Under the pieces are notes generated by a model. The model ran no database searches. It worked only from the letters and a program-made list of their open reading frames with translations, and was not told where the DNA came from. A program made the position numbers and the translations under genes. Positions 52,680 through 64,000 of a DNA stretch of 64,000 nucleotides are shown piece by piece. Source of the DNA: Octopus sinensis (lineage: Eukaryota); NCBI RefSeq assembly GCF_006345805.1, contig NC_042997.1:97836001-97900000 (forward strand). The letters are read 5' to 3'. The stretch's first letter is position 1, and every line of letters starts with the position of its first letter.

Positions 52680-52872
52680 TATCGTATATGGATGTGATCT
52701 TTCATTGTTTTTCCCTTATACCTATGTGAGTTATTTTCTGAGTATGCATTGTCTGGAGACTTTTATTTGCAGTTGAAGAAATAGCCATATTTTTGGCTGC
52801 TATTTCTGAAAAGTTCGGTGTGTGGTAAAGTGAATTTTTTTGCTTTACCATATTTTTATAAATTAATATAAA

Positions 52873-52942
<70 letters not shown>

Positions 52943-53519
52943 CATACATATATACATACGCATATATACATACTTATATATATACGCATATATATATATG
53001 CATTTGTGGGTACAGGAGGTCAAGAAACGTGTACAAGAAAATACGAAGTACAAGTATATGGAATATGAACTATCTTTTTGAACAACGAAAGACACAAATG
53101 GAAAACAAGACAAACAACATAAAGAACGACCCCTCATCAGTTGTTGGCTGTTTTTCTACTCTCGTATTTCGAGCATTTAACAACAATATATGCTTTCGAT
53201 AAAACAGTTGCTCCCGCAAAGCAAATTAAATAACATTTGCGGAGGGTCAAGATTGGTAACACAAACAGGACAGTGAAAACAAACAGAAAGGGCTGCTAAG
53301 CCTAAACGAAGTTGTGATTGTGGTGGCGAACGCGTAAATCAAGCTTGGACAGGAGACAGACAAGAGCACGTCTTCCTAGTTCCAGCTATAACGGAGAAAA
53401 AGAAATAAATACAAGTTAGGAGAAGAAAGAAAGATGGCCGATGGTCACGTGTGAGCCACGTGAGCAAGGGAGGAGGAGTGAGGGAGAGAGAGTGTATGCG
53501 TGTGTGCTTGTGTGTAGTT

Positions 53520-54032
53520 ACTAGCTTAGAAGCCGCCCTATTACGCGGCTTTTAAGCTAGTATATAGCTTTTTGGTAGCTAACCCCGAATTGGAAGATCT
53601 GCAAACAGATCTCTGACTTGTTTTGGAGAATTTGTTGCAATTGTTTCATCCATACTCATATCCCAATATTCATCGCAAACACTCATGTAAAAAACTTCGC
53701 CGTTGAAAACATAGGAATCCAGAATTTCAGGATTGCAGGACCGGATTCGGCCCGGAATGTTTTTAATTTACTCACGGAGTTAACCTTTAGATTATAAAAA
53801 TTACTATCTTACAAAAAAAGTTTGTCGCAAAAAGTCACGTATAAAATTCGCCGTAAACAATCCCAAAATTCAGGATTGTGGGTCCGGATTTGCCCTGGAA
53901 TATTTTTAATTTACTCAAGGAGTCAGTCTGATTCCAAAATGGTATTATATGATGGGCTACAGCCTAGAGGAGTAAAGTTGAAAAAGTGTGACACACTGAC
54001 ACACTGGCATTCACATTTATTACATTATATAT
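53520..54032 (-). mobile_element. Non-autonomous Helitron-like element
   Basis: Minus-strand 5' end ..ATAATGTAATAAATGTGAATG (similar TCTAATATAATAAATG ends at 54278 and 54763). 3' hairpin plus CTAG at 53520-53561. Confidence 0.55.
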
Positions 54033-55040
54033 TTTTATATTTTATTAAGGGGCGAGCTGACAGAATCGTTAACATTACGGTTTTGAGTTCGAATTCGGCC
54101 GTGGTCGACTTTGCCTTTCATCCTTTCGGAGTCGATAAAATTATTACCAATTGCGTACTGGGGTCGATGTAGTCGATTTAATCCCTCCCACCAAAATTTA
54201 AGGCCTTGTGCGTCCAGTAGAAATGATTAATTTAAGTTGGAAAAGTAACACACTGACATTCACATTTATTATATTAGATATGTTTAGTTTTGGGGAAATT
54301 TTATTTCAATTAAAGTTTATTTTATATATGTGTGTGTGTATGTATATGCGTATTAAAGATAGTAAAAAAATAAAACAGAAATGATAGTGTTCAGTATGTT
54401 GGCGACAGGAATTTCGGTCAAAGAGACATGGTTAAACAAAGTTGTACATCATCTCAAATCTTTCTCTCACATACCCACTATTTCTCTCTCTTTTATTATT
54501 ACTCCTACTGCCACCATCAACACTACAACTTTCATTAAATCATTATCAACTCCCCCTAAATTTCTTTGTCTCTTTCTCTCCCTCTCTTTTTCTTTCTTTC
54601 CTTCTCTGTCTCGGTCTTCGTCACCGCCCTCACAATCTCTGTGCCTACTATTACTCTCACTCCATCATGAGGAATAGTAGGCGTGTTGTTGTTTAGTGAA
54701 AGAGGAGGTCTAAGTGTGACACACTGACACACAGAAATTAGTTTTCGCATTTATTATATTAGATGGTATATTCTGTTAAGAACGTAGTAAAGTACAGTAT
54801 AAAGCTCGTCCACCTTCAGATTTAACCTGTGCTATCCACTAGTAGCATTATGCGTACTTCTAGGTTTGCGTTTGTGCATCTGTCCTGTGTGAATAGATAA
54901 CTGAAAAAATTTAGAGTCAACATGAAGAGGTACGAGTGGACATTTATTTTTTAATCACTACAATAGTTCTCAGGTGTGCAGGTACTTGATTGTGCAACTG
55001 TTTCCCTGCATTATGAGATCTAGTTGTTTTCTCAGGCGAA

Positions 55041-56323
55041 CGAAGTTGTACCCAAAAGTAACCGAAAACGTTCTCTGTGGGGACAAGCCCGTTGCGGTTA
55101 AGGATTCTGCCGCTAGAAGTCACTTAATTCGATCCTCAGGCACCACTCTGCTGACCGGCGTCGTCGTCTCATGTCGTACTGCTACGTAGTGCATTTTTGT
55201 TTAGTAGTGCTTCTCCCCTTTTCGTTGATTTTTGCGATGGCTGAAACGAAGTAACAGCGTGCTTCCGCGAAATTCTGTTTTCTGCTGGTGAAACTGCAGC
55301 CAAAGCAGTTGCCATGCTTCAAACAGCTTACAAGGATGCTGCCATGAGCAAAACACAAGTTTACGAGTGGTTAAAACGATTTAGGAATGGTCCTTCTGCT
55401 TGAAGACCAACCTCGTTCAGGATGACAGTCGACCTCGCGAACGAATGAAAACATCACGAAAATTCGTGAACTGATCTTGGAGGACCGTCGTCACACAAAT
55501 GACGAACTTGTTGATATGACTGGTGTGTCCTGGAGCTCCTGCCAACGAATTTTGAGCGAGGGACTGCGAATGAAAAGAGTTGCAGCAAAATTTGAGCTTT
55601 ACTTGCTCACGGAAGATCAACAGCAGGCACAACTGAATGCGTCTTGTGAACTGAGAGAACAGCTGGAAGTTGATCCGGAACTTTTTTGAAAGGTCATCAC
55701 TCGTGACGAAAGCTCTTGCTACGGCTACGACCCGGAAACGAAGCAGCAATCAAGTCAATGGAAGCATTCAGTGTCACCACGCCCCCAAAATGCGCATCAA
55801 GTGAAGTCCACTGTCAAGACAATGCTGATTTGTTTCATTGATGCAAAAGGAATTGTCCCTCGTGGTCAAAATGTTAACCAGACATTATACTTAGCAATTC
55901 TGAAGCGTTTGCGGGACGTGGTGAGACGAAAAAGCCCCGACCTGTGGTAAAGTGGAGAGTGGTGAGCCTGCGCACACCGCCTTGAGTGTGAGACAGTTTT
56001 TGACCAAAAATGGTATGACCCCGCTTACTCACCCTCCTTATTCACCCGATCTTGTTTCCTGCGACTTTTTTTGTTACTCCGAATGAAAAAAGTCCATAAA
56101 GGAAAGCGTTTTGCAGCTGTGGAAGAGGTGAAGAAAAACACGACGGGGGCGTTAAAAGGCATCACTTCGCAAGAGTTCCAGGGCTGCTTCGAACTGTGAA
56201 AAACGCATCTGGAACTATGCATTACAAAAAATGGAGAATAATTTGAAGGCGATAAAAGCGTAAACATTTAAACCTAAGTGAATAAAATAACATTACAAAG
56301 TTCCGGTTTCTTTTTGGGTAACC

Positions 56324-56325
<2 letters not shown>
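55041..56325 (+). mobile_element. Near full-length degenerate mariner (DD34D) transposon
   Basis: TIRs GTTGTACCCAAAAGTAACCGAAA / TTCCGGTTTCTTTTTGGGTAACC. ATG 55237, then YEWLKRF, KRVAAKF, ITRDES, YGYDPETKQQSSQW, HPPYSPDLVSCDF, with multiple stops. Confidence 0.9.
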
Positions 56326-56356
<31 letters not shown>

Positions 56357-56430
56357 TGTATGTATGTATGTATGTATGTATGTATGTATGTATGTATGCA
56401 TGCATGCATGCATGCATGCATGCATGTATG

Positions 56431-56461
<31 letters not shown>

Positions 56462-56463
56462 TA

Positions 56464-56509
<46 letters not shown>

Positions 56510-56519
56510 ATCTATCATT

Positions 56520-56900
56520 TACTTGTTTTAGTCATTAGACTGTAGCCAAACTAGGCTACCGCCGTGAAAAATTTGAATCGAATGTAATCGACCCCAGTAT
56601 TTAATTTTTTAAAGTCTGGTACTTATTCTATCGGCCTCTTTTACCGAAACGCTAAGTTACGGGACATAAACGCATCAGTACCAGTTGTCCAGTGACGGTG
56701 GTTGTGGCAGCAAGCACTGACACAGACAGACACACACTCACACAATGGGTTTATTTCTACACGGCAAATATACACACAAGGCTATGGTCGGCCTGGGTCT
56801 ATAGTGCAAGGCACTTGCCCAAGATCCCACGAAGTGAGACTGAAGCCGAAACCACACGGATGCAAATCCAGCTTCTTGGTCTCACACCATGCCTGCGCCA
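56520..56900 (-). mobile_element. SINE family B, degenerate full length
   Basis: Tail TTGTTTTAGTCATTAGACTGTAGCC to head ..CACACCATGCCTGCGCC. Confidence 0.7.
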
Positions 56901-57278
56901 TATACAATTATTCGTATTAAAATTTTGCTCATTGATACACTATTACATCAGCTGAGAGGAAATATTTATTCGCTTAAAGCAAAATTTGACCTTGGTGATA
57001 AGGAGGATGTGACGTAACTTTTTATATCAATGGATGAATAGAACAATTAAATTAGAAAGGAAAATAAGAACGCGCGAGACAGTAATTAGAATTCACATTC
57101 CAGGAGCAGCCATTGATGGCCTATTTTTAACATTCAATGAAAGCCTGGTTTGTGTACACTAGAAAAGGAAAACAAAAACAAAAACAAAAAACTGATAATT
57201 GCTGAAATAGTTTTGGTTTACACAGCAGACTGATATAACAGTTATAAAAGTCCATGCAGACAAAACTTATTGCCAATA

Positions 57279-57511
57279 GAGGGCGGCGAGCTGGAAGAAA
57301 CGTTAGCGTGCCGGGCGAAATGCTTAGCGGTATTTCGTCTGTCGTTACGTTCTGAGATCAAATTCCGCCGAGGTCGACTTTGCCTTTCATCCTTTCGGGG
57401 TCGATAAATAAAGTACTAGTTTCGCACTGGGGTCAATGTAATCGACTTGATCCCTTTGTCTGTCCTTGTTTGTCCCCTCTATGTTTAGCCCTTGTGGGCA
57501 GTAAAGAAATA
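57279..57511 (+). mobile_element. Family-A SINE, full length with 17-bp TSD
   Basis: AAAACTTATTGCCAATA at 57262-57278 and 57512-57528. Confidence 0.95.
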
Positions 57512-57918
57512 AAAACTTATTGCCAATAATGATGTAAGTGGGCTTGCGAAACAAAGTAAGGCTTTATCCGGGGTTAATGCTTGGAAGTTACAAAGGGCTC
57601 CATTATAGATGAGCAAAGTGAATCCGTGCAGTTGGCTGGTTCTGAGGTTACTGTAAGACCAAGTAGGTGATGTAATGTTCTGTTTTGTTTTTCCTTTTTT
57701 TGTGAGTATGACCCAGTTTTGGAGGTGTTTTGAAACCGTATAATCTGCAGTGGTCATGACGATTATATGCGCATACATGCACAAACATACAAGTACGCAT
57801 ACACACACAGAGGCACACGCTTACTTATGCACAAACACACAGATTCACATACGCGCACACACAGAGCTTCACATAGGCACACGGGAATATCAGTTGATTC
57901 ATAATTCATTTCATTCAA

Positions 57919-58003
<85 letters not shown>

Positions 58004-58678
58004 TTTGAATAAGTATTCAAATAAATATTCATATAGATATTATAGTTGTTATTATTATTATTATTATTATTAGTAGTAGTAGTAGTAGTAGTCGTAGTAT
58101 TAGTAGTATTAGTAGTAAATAAATAACAACAATAATATAAGTAGCCAGCAAGCATTTAAGCCGATAAAGGGCAAATCCATAAATTTTATTATTAATTGAA
58201 ATTATAATTGAAGGTACACGACGTACCAGCGTTGCTGAAAAATTCTGGGTCTATAATGCAAGATACTTGCCTTAGATCCTCTAATAAGCCACCATTTCAC
58301 TGAAAAAATAACAGGCCGACAGAAATCAGGAAACGATATATCTCTGTGTGTGTGCGTCTTTGTGACTCCCTCAGCCCCCTTCCTAGCAGGCACTACACCT
58401 TGTTCTTTTAGCCTTAGATGTACAAAGATTTGATAAACTAGTCTATAAATTAAAACTGACCACATAAAACAGTGACAAACAAAACCTGCAACAAGTCTGC
58501 TAAGCTGAAGTGAAGACAGCATGTTCTTTGTCTATCTCCTTACCTTCTTGGAGATTTTAGGTAAAATTATACTAATGTGTCCATCTGTTTTAATTTAATT
58601 AAATTCTATGTCTTTATGCACAATTAATTGTGTACATATTCGGCTATAGCACTTTCAAATTTTATAAAAATTGGAAAT

Positions 58679-58741
58679 ATTATACTGAAGAGAGAAGTAA
58701 GTACAATTCAAATTACTTTAATCTCGAAACGCGTATATAAT
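58679..58741 (+). ncRNA. Canonical-core type-I hammerhead ribozyme
   Basis: AUUAUA CUGAAGA GAGA AGUAA guacaauucaaa UUACU uuaa UCUC GAA ACGCGU A UAUAAU. 6-bp stem I, G10.1-C11.1, GUA triplet. Confidence 0.75.
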
Positions 58742-59094
58742 TAATCCTGGTCGTGTTGATTCATTGTTTTTCTCTTTACCTTCGTAAAAAAGTATGTTTA
58801 CCGTCATGGAGATTCTTATAGTAGCAGGAAAAGAATTTTTAATTCCTATTTCTAATTTTGGTATTGTTGAAGAAGTTAGCTGAACAATAATCATAATTAT
58901 GTGGATAATTTTACCTATAAAGGTTATTTTAACGTACCGATCTACTTGGGGAAATCGTTAATTAATTGATTAATTAATTCATTAATTTAATTAGTAAATT
59001 TTACCCTTCTATTATTAATATATATATATACACATATACATACATATATATATATATATAACGTATGTATATATATATATATATATATATAACG

Positions 59095-59143
<49 letters not shown>

Positions 59144-59780
59144 TAGAGGGAAACCACTATGTGGACACCCTTATGCCAGAAATAGATCCGCTATGGTCTT
59201 GCCACTAAGAAAGGTTCTCAAGAAAAATTTTGCAAAACAACCAAAACATAATCGAGCAAGACAAAAGAAAAAGCAATAAAAATATGGATTATTCGCCTAC
59301 ATGTTTCACTATCAACATATTACGTAATTTTACTTACGTAAATGTTCGTAAGTAAAAGCTCTTTCCTAAATGTGAAATCTGAACATACATAGCACAATAA
59401 CTTCACACAGAGAAGAAATATGCCCCAATGACGAACTATCTCAGCACACAATTATAAGAACACCATGCCCAAAACAAAAACAAAATAAAGCAAATTGACA
59501 ACACAACAATTTGCCCAAAAGACAGATCCAAGGGAGATAAATAAGTAAGGATCCTTGATTCCTAGATTCATTGTTTTATTCTCACGAATTCACGAGAACC
59601 ACCGCGAACTAAACGAGGCTGTGTTTTCCAAAATGGAGGCGAACACCTTTCTACATGTGATTGGCTTGAAAAATTGTTAAGACACTAGGATATTTTCCTA
59701 ATTTTCTTAATATGAAACCAATGATAGCTTTAATTCACAAATAAAGAATATATATATATATATATATACATATACACATG

Positions 59781-59937
<157 letters not shown>

Positions 59938-60085
59938 GTACTACGTACATATGTATGTTTATATATATGTTTATATATATTATATATCCATAAGGAGAGA
60001 GAAGATACAAAAATATACTACATAAAAATATAGCAGTTATATAAATTTCGTTCCTCCCTCCAAGATGTGACTGCCACAAAGTCAG

Positions 60086-60145
<60 letters not shown>

Positions 60146-60648
60146 GATTGACTTTCATGAAAAATAATGTATACTGTCTTAAATCGTACATCTTCATGAA
60201 CATAAAAATTATCTGTTGATCCTGTCAAAACAAACAAAATAGCAAAACAAAAAAAGCCCCAAAACAAAGAATAAAAACTTAGAAGTAGATACAGAAATGA
60301 AATGAAATAAGACAAAAGACCTAAGTGGAACAACAGAAACAAAATTTTGTTATAAAGTAAAAGGTCATCACTACGAAATTCACCGAGGAAGATATAAAAA
60401 GAAAATACCGGAGACTTAATGACACTAATGGGAGTAATTTCCTGAGACAATATATCATATTCTCATAGAATATCCTACATTGGCTCATACACGCTCACAG
60501 AAAAGCCTCATCGTTGTCAATCGGGCATTTAGAAATAGCGGCCAAATCTCCCTTAAATCCCTCTTTCTGTATATGAGAGCACCTATCTATCCAACCATCG
60601 CACGCGCGCGCGCACGCGCACACATGTGTATATGTATGTGTGTGAGTG

Positions 60649-60703
<55 letters not shown>

Positions 60704-60708
60704 GTACA

Positions 60709-61086
60709 TCTCTCTCTATATAAACGGCAGTTTGTCTGTGCGTGTTTCTGTGTGTCTGTTTGCTTGTACCCTCACCCTGACCACGGCTTTCAACCGATTC
60801 TGATGAAACTTGACACACACATAGCCCAATGTCATAATTCAAAAACTACGCAGCGAAAATTTTGAAAAGTTCCCCCAGTTCTGAAAAAAATCGATAAATT
60901 CGACATGGGGTCGAGAATCAGGAATACGAACCACAACTGTCTAGGGGACACAACTCTACCTTTTTTAATCTCAAAAAAAATTTACCACATTTTTTCCATT
61001 TTTTTGCTATTTTTGGCTATAACTCTCTAAAAATGCTTTATAGTTATTTCCCTTACAAACCTGAGCAACGCCGGGCGATACTGCTA

Positions 61087-61087
<1 letters not shown>
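60709..61087 (+). mobile_element. Complete non-autonomous Helitron
   Basis: A|TCTCTCTCTATATAAAC 5' end. Hairpin CCTGAGCAACGCCGGG (61060-61075), CTAG|T 3' end (61084-61088). Confidence 0.8.
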
Positions 61088-61143
<56 letters not shown>

Positions 61144-63661
61144 AAGCGAGTGACACAAACGTAAGAAAGAGCACTCAATATTTTATTGGAAGTTATATGT
61201 ATTATTCCAGATTCTTACCAGTCGGACAAGAAACCCGAAGTGCACGGAATCCGAGTCAAAGTCTTTTGAATTATATATTTGTATAACAGAATTTGTGGTG
61301 AAGATGTGCATAATTGCAACTATTGCATTAGATACAGTTTTCATAAAAGTTTTCATAATAGCTACATTTAAGGCACGCATGAATGCGATGGCTGCAATCC
61401 AGAAGAATACTAGCAAATCTTGGATTATGTCGAGTATGTAATGTAGATTGGATGTCCAGAACGTCGTTTAGTTCATCGATCACTTTGATAGAACTCAGGA
61501 AAATGCCTTAATGACAAACCGTTTTTATGAAGGCTGGCAATGATCAATCAATGAATTGATTGAAATATACCAATCCTACGATCTGGAATTTTTGGGAAAT
61601 CTCGAAAGTGGGACAATCAAGAAACAAAGTAATAATCGAACAGAATATCTGCCTGTGCAGAGAAATGTAAAGATAGTTCAGCGAAAACTCAACGCACCGT
61701 CAATAAATATCAAAATTATGAACTAAAGTAGTAGCACAGCTCATTATTTTTCTTTTAACAATATTTCTTCAATCTTTTAATTTGAAATAGCGTTACATTT
61801 TAATTGCATTTTTTAAAAGTTATTCTGGTTTTGAAAGTAACCTTGGTTGATTTGTTTTTCATGTATATTATGAGTAAATTTGATTTTAATATTTTTTCTT
61901 TTTGTTTTTCATTGTTAAGGAAGTGTGACGTATTTATTTCCTCCGTGAATAAAATCTTTAAATAACGTTTTGCGATGTATTTAGTGATGTTATCTCGAGA
62001 CGAATACCGTAGTAGCTTGCCTGTCAACAATGTATATAGGTTAAGTAGGATATATAGATGATTATTTTAATTCAATATTGTTTCAGTTCGTACACCAGAC
62101 TTTTATCCAGCAGGATGGCTATTCACAAGACCAATCTTATTGTTTTATTCACTGTTTCCTAAATTGGAGGTGACAAATCTCTTATAAACATGTAGCTGGC
62201 TGCGAATTCACGTCATTGACAAGGCTCAGCTAAGCCGAAATGCATTCAGAGTTATAGTTAACTGCTGCTGAAAAAAGATTTTAAACACAACACATCTATA
62301 AGATATATTACGGCTACCAAAGTAACTTGCTTGACGAGGATGTATATACATTAAATATGATACATAGACGGCCATTTTTATTATTGTTTAGAGGTGTATT
62401 TATTCTGAAAGTATGAAGCATGACAATAAATTTATCAACAATTATTTGTCATTAAAATGAATCTCTGAACACGGTATTAACTTACGATGCAATGAAATTA
62501 CTAGCAGGTGCTGAAATTACGGCGTTTGTGATTTCTTCGACTTTTAATTACATTATGTTGTAATTAAACACTATAGATTTCAGTGATAAATTTAGAAGAC
62601 ACATTGTCTTATAGCACTGCAATGACTGTAGAATTGCAATACCCTTCAGTGAGAAAAATTGCTTTGGGAAATGTCCCTATTCCTTGGTCTGATAGTTCTC
62701 CAGAGAAGTATATTCATCATATTTTTTATCGACGCCTTTAGCATCAAACTGTATATGTTTTCATTCATGCCCTCGACTAATCATCTACAGTGAGTAAGGT
62801 TTGGCGCTCTACCGAGCAGCCAGTATATAGTACGCTACTGAAGCGTTAAAGAAATCGACGAACTCTGTTGGGACTTTCAGGGATAGCTTTCAGATCATTT
62901 TAGGCGAGATTGGTAATAAAGGGGATCACCTCGTCCCTGTACGTATTCGTTGGAAGTCTAGACTGAACCGGATCATTTTAAACAAAACAGCGCTCCAGTA
63001 ATAAGTGATATGGATTTACTTTTCCAGCTACTGGGTTTTAAGAACACCAGATCACGTATTTAGAATGGGTAGAGATGAGATCGTAAAACTTATTTCTTGA
63101 AGACAAAGACGGCGAAAGTGAAACATATACGCTGCAACCGGAAATGGAAATTTCATTGCTGATACTACTCTTTATGACTACCACGATACCCTACGGTGAT
63201 AGTCCGGCAGAAACGATTGCAAGAGAGCCGATGGAACCTCTACGTGATTGCTTCGCATGCTATGAATGAGAGCCAAATTTTCTCATTGAAAAATGTAGTT
63301 GTAGCTCTATAAAAGAAGATGAGCTAGTTACGGTTGGAAAGCCTTTGCTTACTAGATCAGGATTAATTTGGGGTTGTACAACAACAACAGCTATTTGAAG
63401 AAAAGAAAAACCTTGATATCACTCTTTGCTCAATTTGCATTTGAAATAGAATCGCGTTACTGATCAGGTGAAAATCGGCGCCACGAAAGTTTTCATACGA
63501 AATAAGAAATGGTTAAGTGAAGTTAAAAGCCTTTTTAAAAACCTTTTTGTATGGCTACTGTGTCTTTCAAGCTGTAATAGTCTCCATACACGGTCCCAGG
63601 TTAAATCACTTGCATGGTAAGTACACCTCCGAAATAGTTGAAGTTCATTTTCTTCTCTCTC

Positions 63662-63759
<98 letters not shown>

Positions 63760-63830
63760 TATATGTAGTCTTTTGCTTGGATCAACCTGTAGTATATTTA
63801 CATACATTTATATTTTCAAGAAATGAACTT

Positions 63831-63880
<50 letters not shown>

Positions 63881-63881
63881 A

Positions 63882-63923
63882 TATACTACATAAAGACCCG
63901 ACTTTGCCGGGTCATAGTGCTAG
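63882..63923 (+). mobile_element. Helitron 3' terminus, possibly a 42-bp mini-Helitron
   Basis: TATACTACATAAA GACCCG actttgc CGGGTC atagtg CTAG|T. Confidence 0.45.
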
Positions 63924-64000
63924 TGCATGTATATATATGTATATATATGTGTACATATTACATGTACATCTATATATATATGCATCTACACATAAAATAC

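Larger units (their letters stand above)
50731..52868 (+). repeat. About 560-bp tandem array (3.6 units plus inverted leader) with one hammerhead per unit; retrozyme/PLE-pLTR-like
   Basis: Near-identical units, period 559/560/561 between GUC sites at 50993, 51552, 52112 and 52673. Both ends abut (TA)n. Confidence 0.9.

Noticed and set aside
50731-52868. CRISPR array or protein-coding repeat
   Set aside because: Units are 560 bp and identical throughout, with no unique spacers. The context is eukaryotic and the short minus-strand ORFs have no recognisable features.
59295-59375. Minus-strand GAAACATGTA with upstream hairpin TTTTACTTACG/CGTAAGTAAAA
   Set aside because: No CUGANGA or UUGANAA core. 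At most a decayed remnant.

Overview
AT-rich, microsatellite-dense animal genomic DNA. It is most likely octopus (coleoid cephalopod), an inference from the SINE, LINE and Penelope content and the (TA)n/(TATG)n/(TCTA)n density. It looks intergenic or deep-intronic: the only host-gene candidate is a possible minus-strand exon at 104-348. Most ORFs in the supplied track are microsatellite translations. The rest is a transposon graveyard: three tRNA-derived SINE families, CR1-like, R4/Dong-like and Penelope-like (PLE, GIY-YIG) retroelement fragments, two mariner copies, a DD37D Tc1/mariner, an internally deleted pogo/Tigger, hAT and Tc1 MITEs, non-autonomous Helitrons and two long foldback palindromes. 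The standout signal is RNA-level. I find 11 type-I hammerhead-ribozyme (HHR) motifs from about five unrelated sequence families, all with self-complementary (dimer-type) stem III. Four of them are the repeat units of a (TA)n-embedded ~560-bp tandem array (50731-52868) that has the architecture of a retrozyme. Others carry a compensatory U3-A8 core or an A6U core. A second theme is a structurally conserved LINE 3' stem-loop shared by two CR1-like LINEs and a SINE family. All coordinates were counted by hand. Motif coordinates should be exact or nearly so, while edges of degenerate repeats are approximate. No folding, alignment or database search was run.
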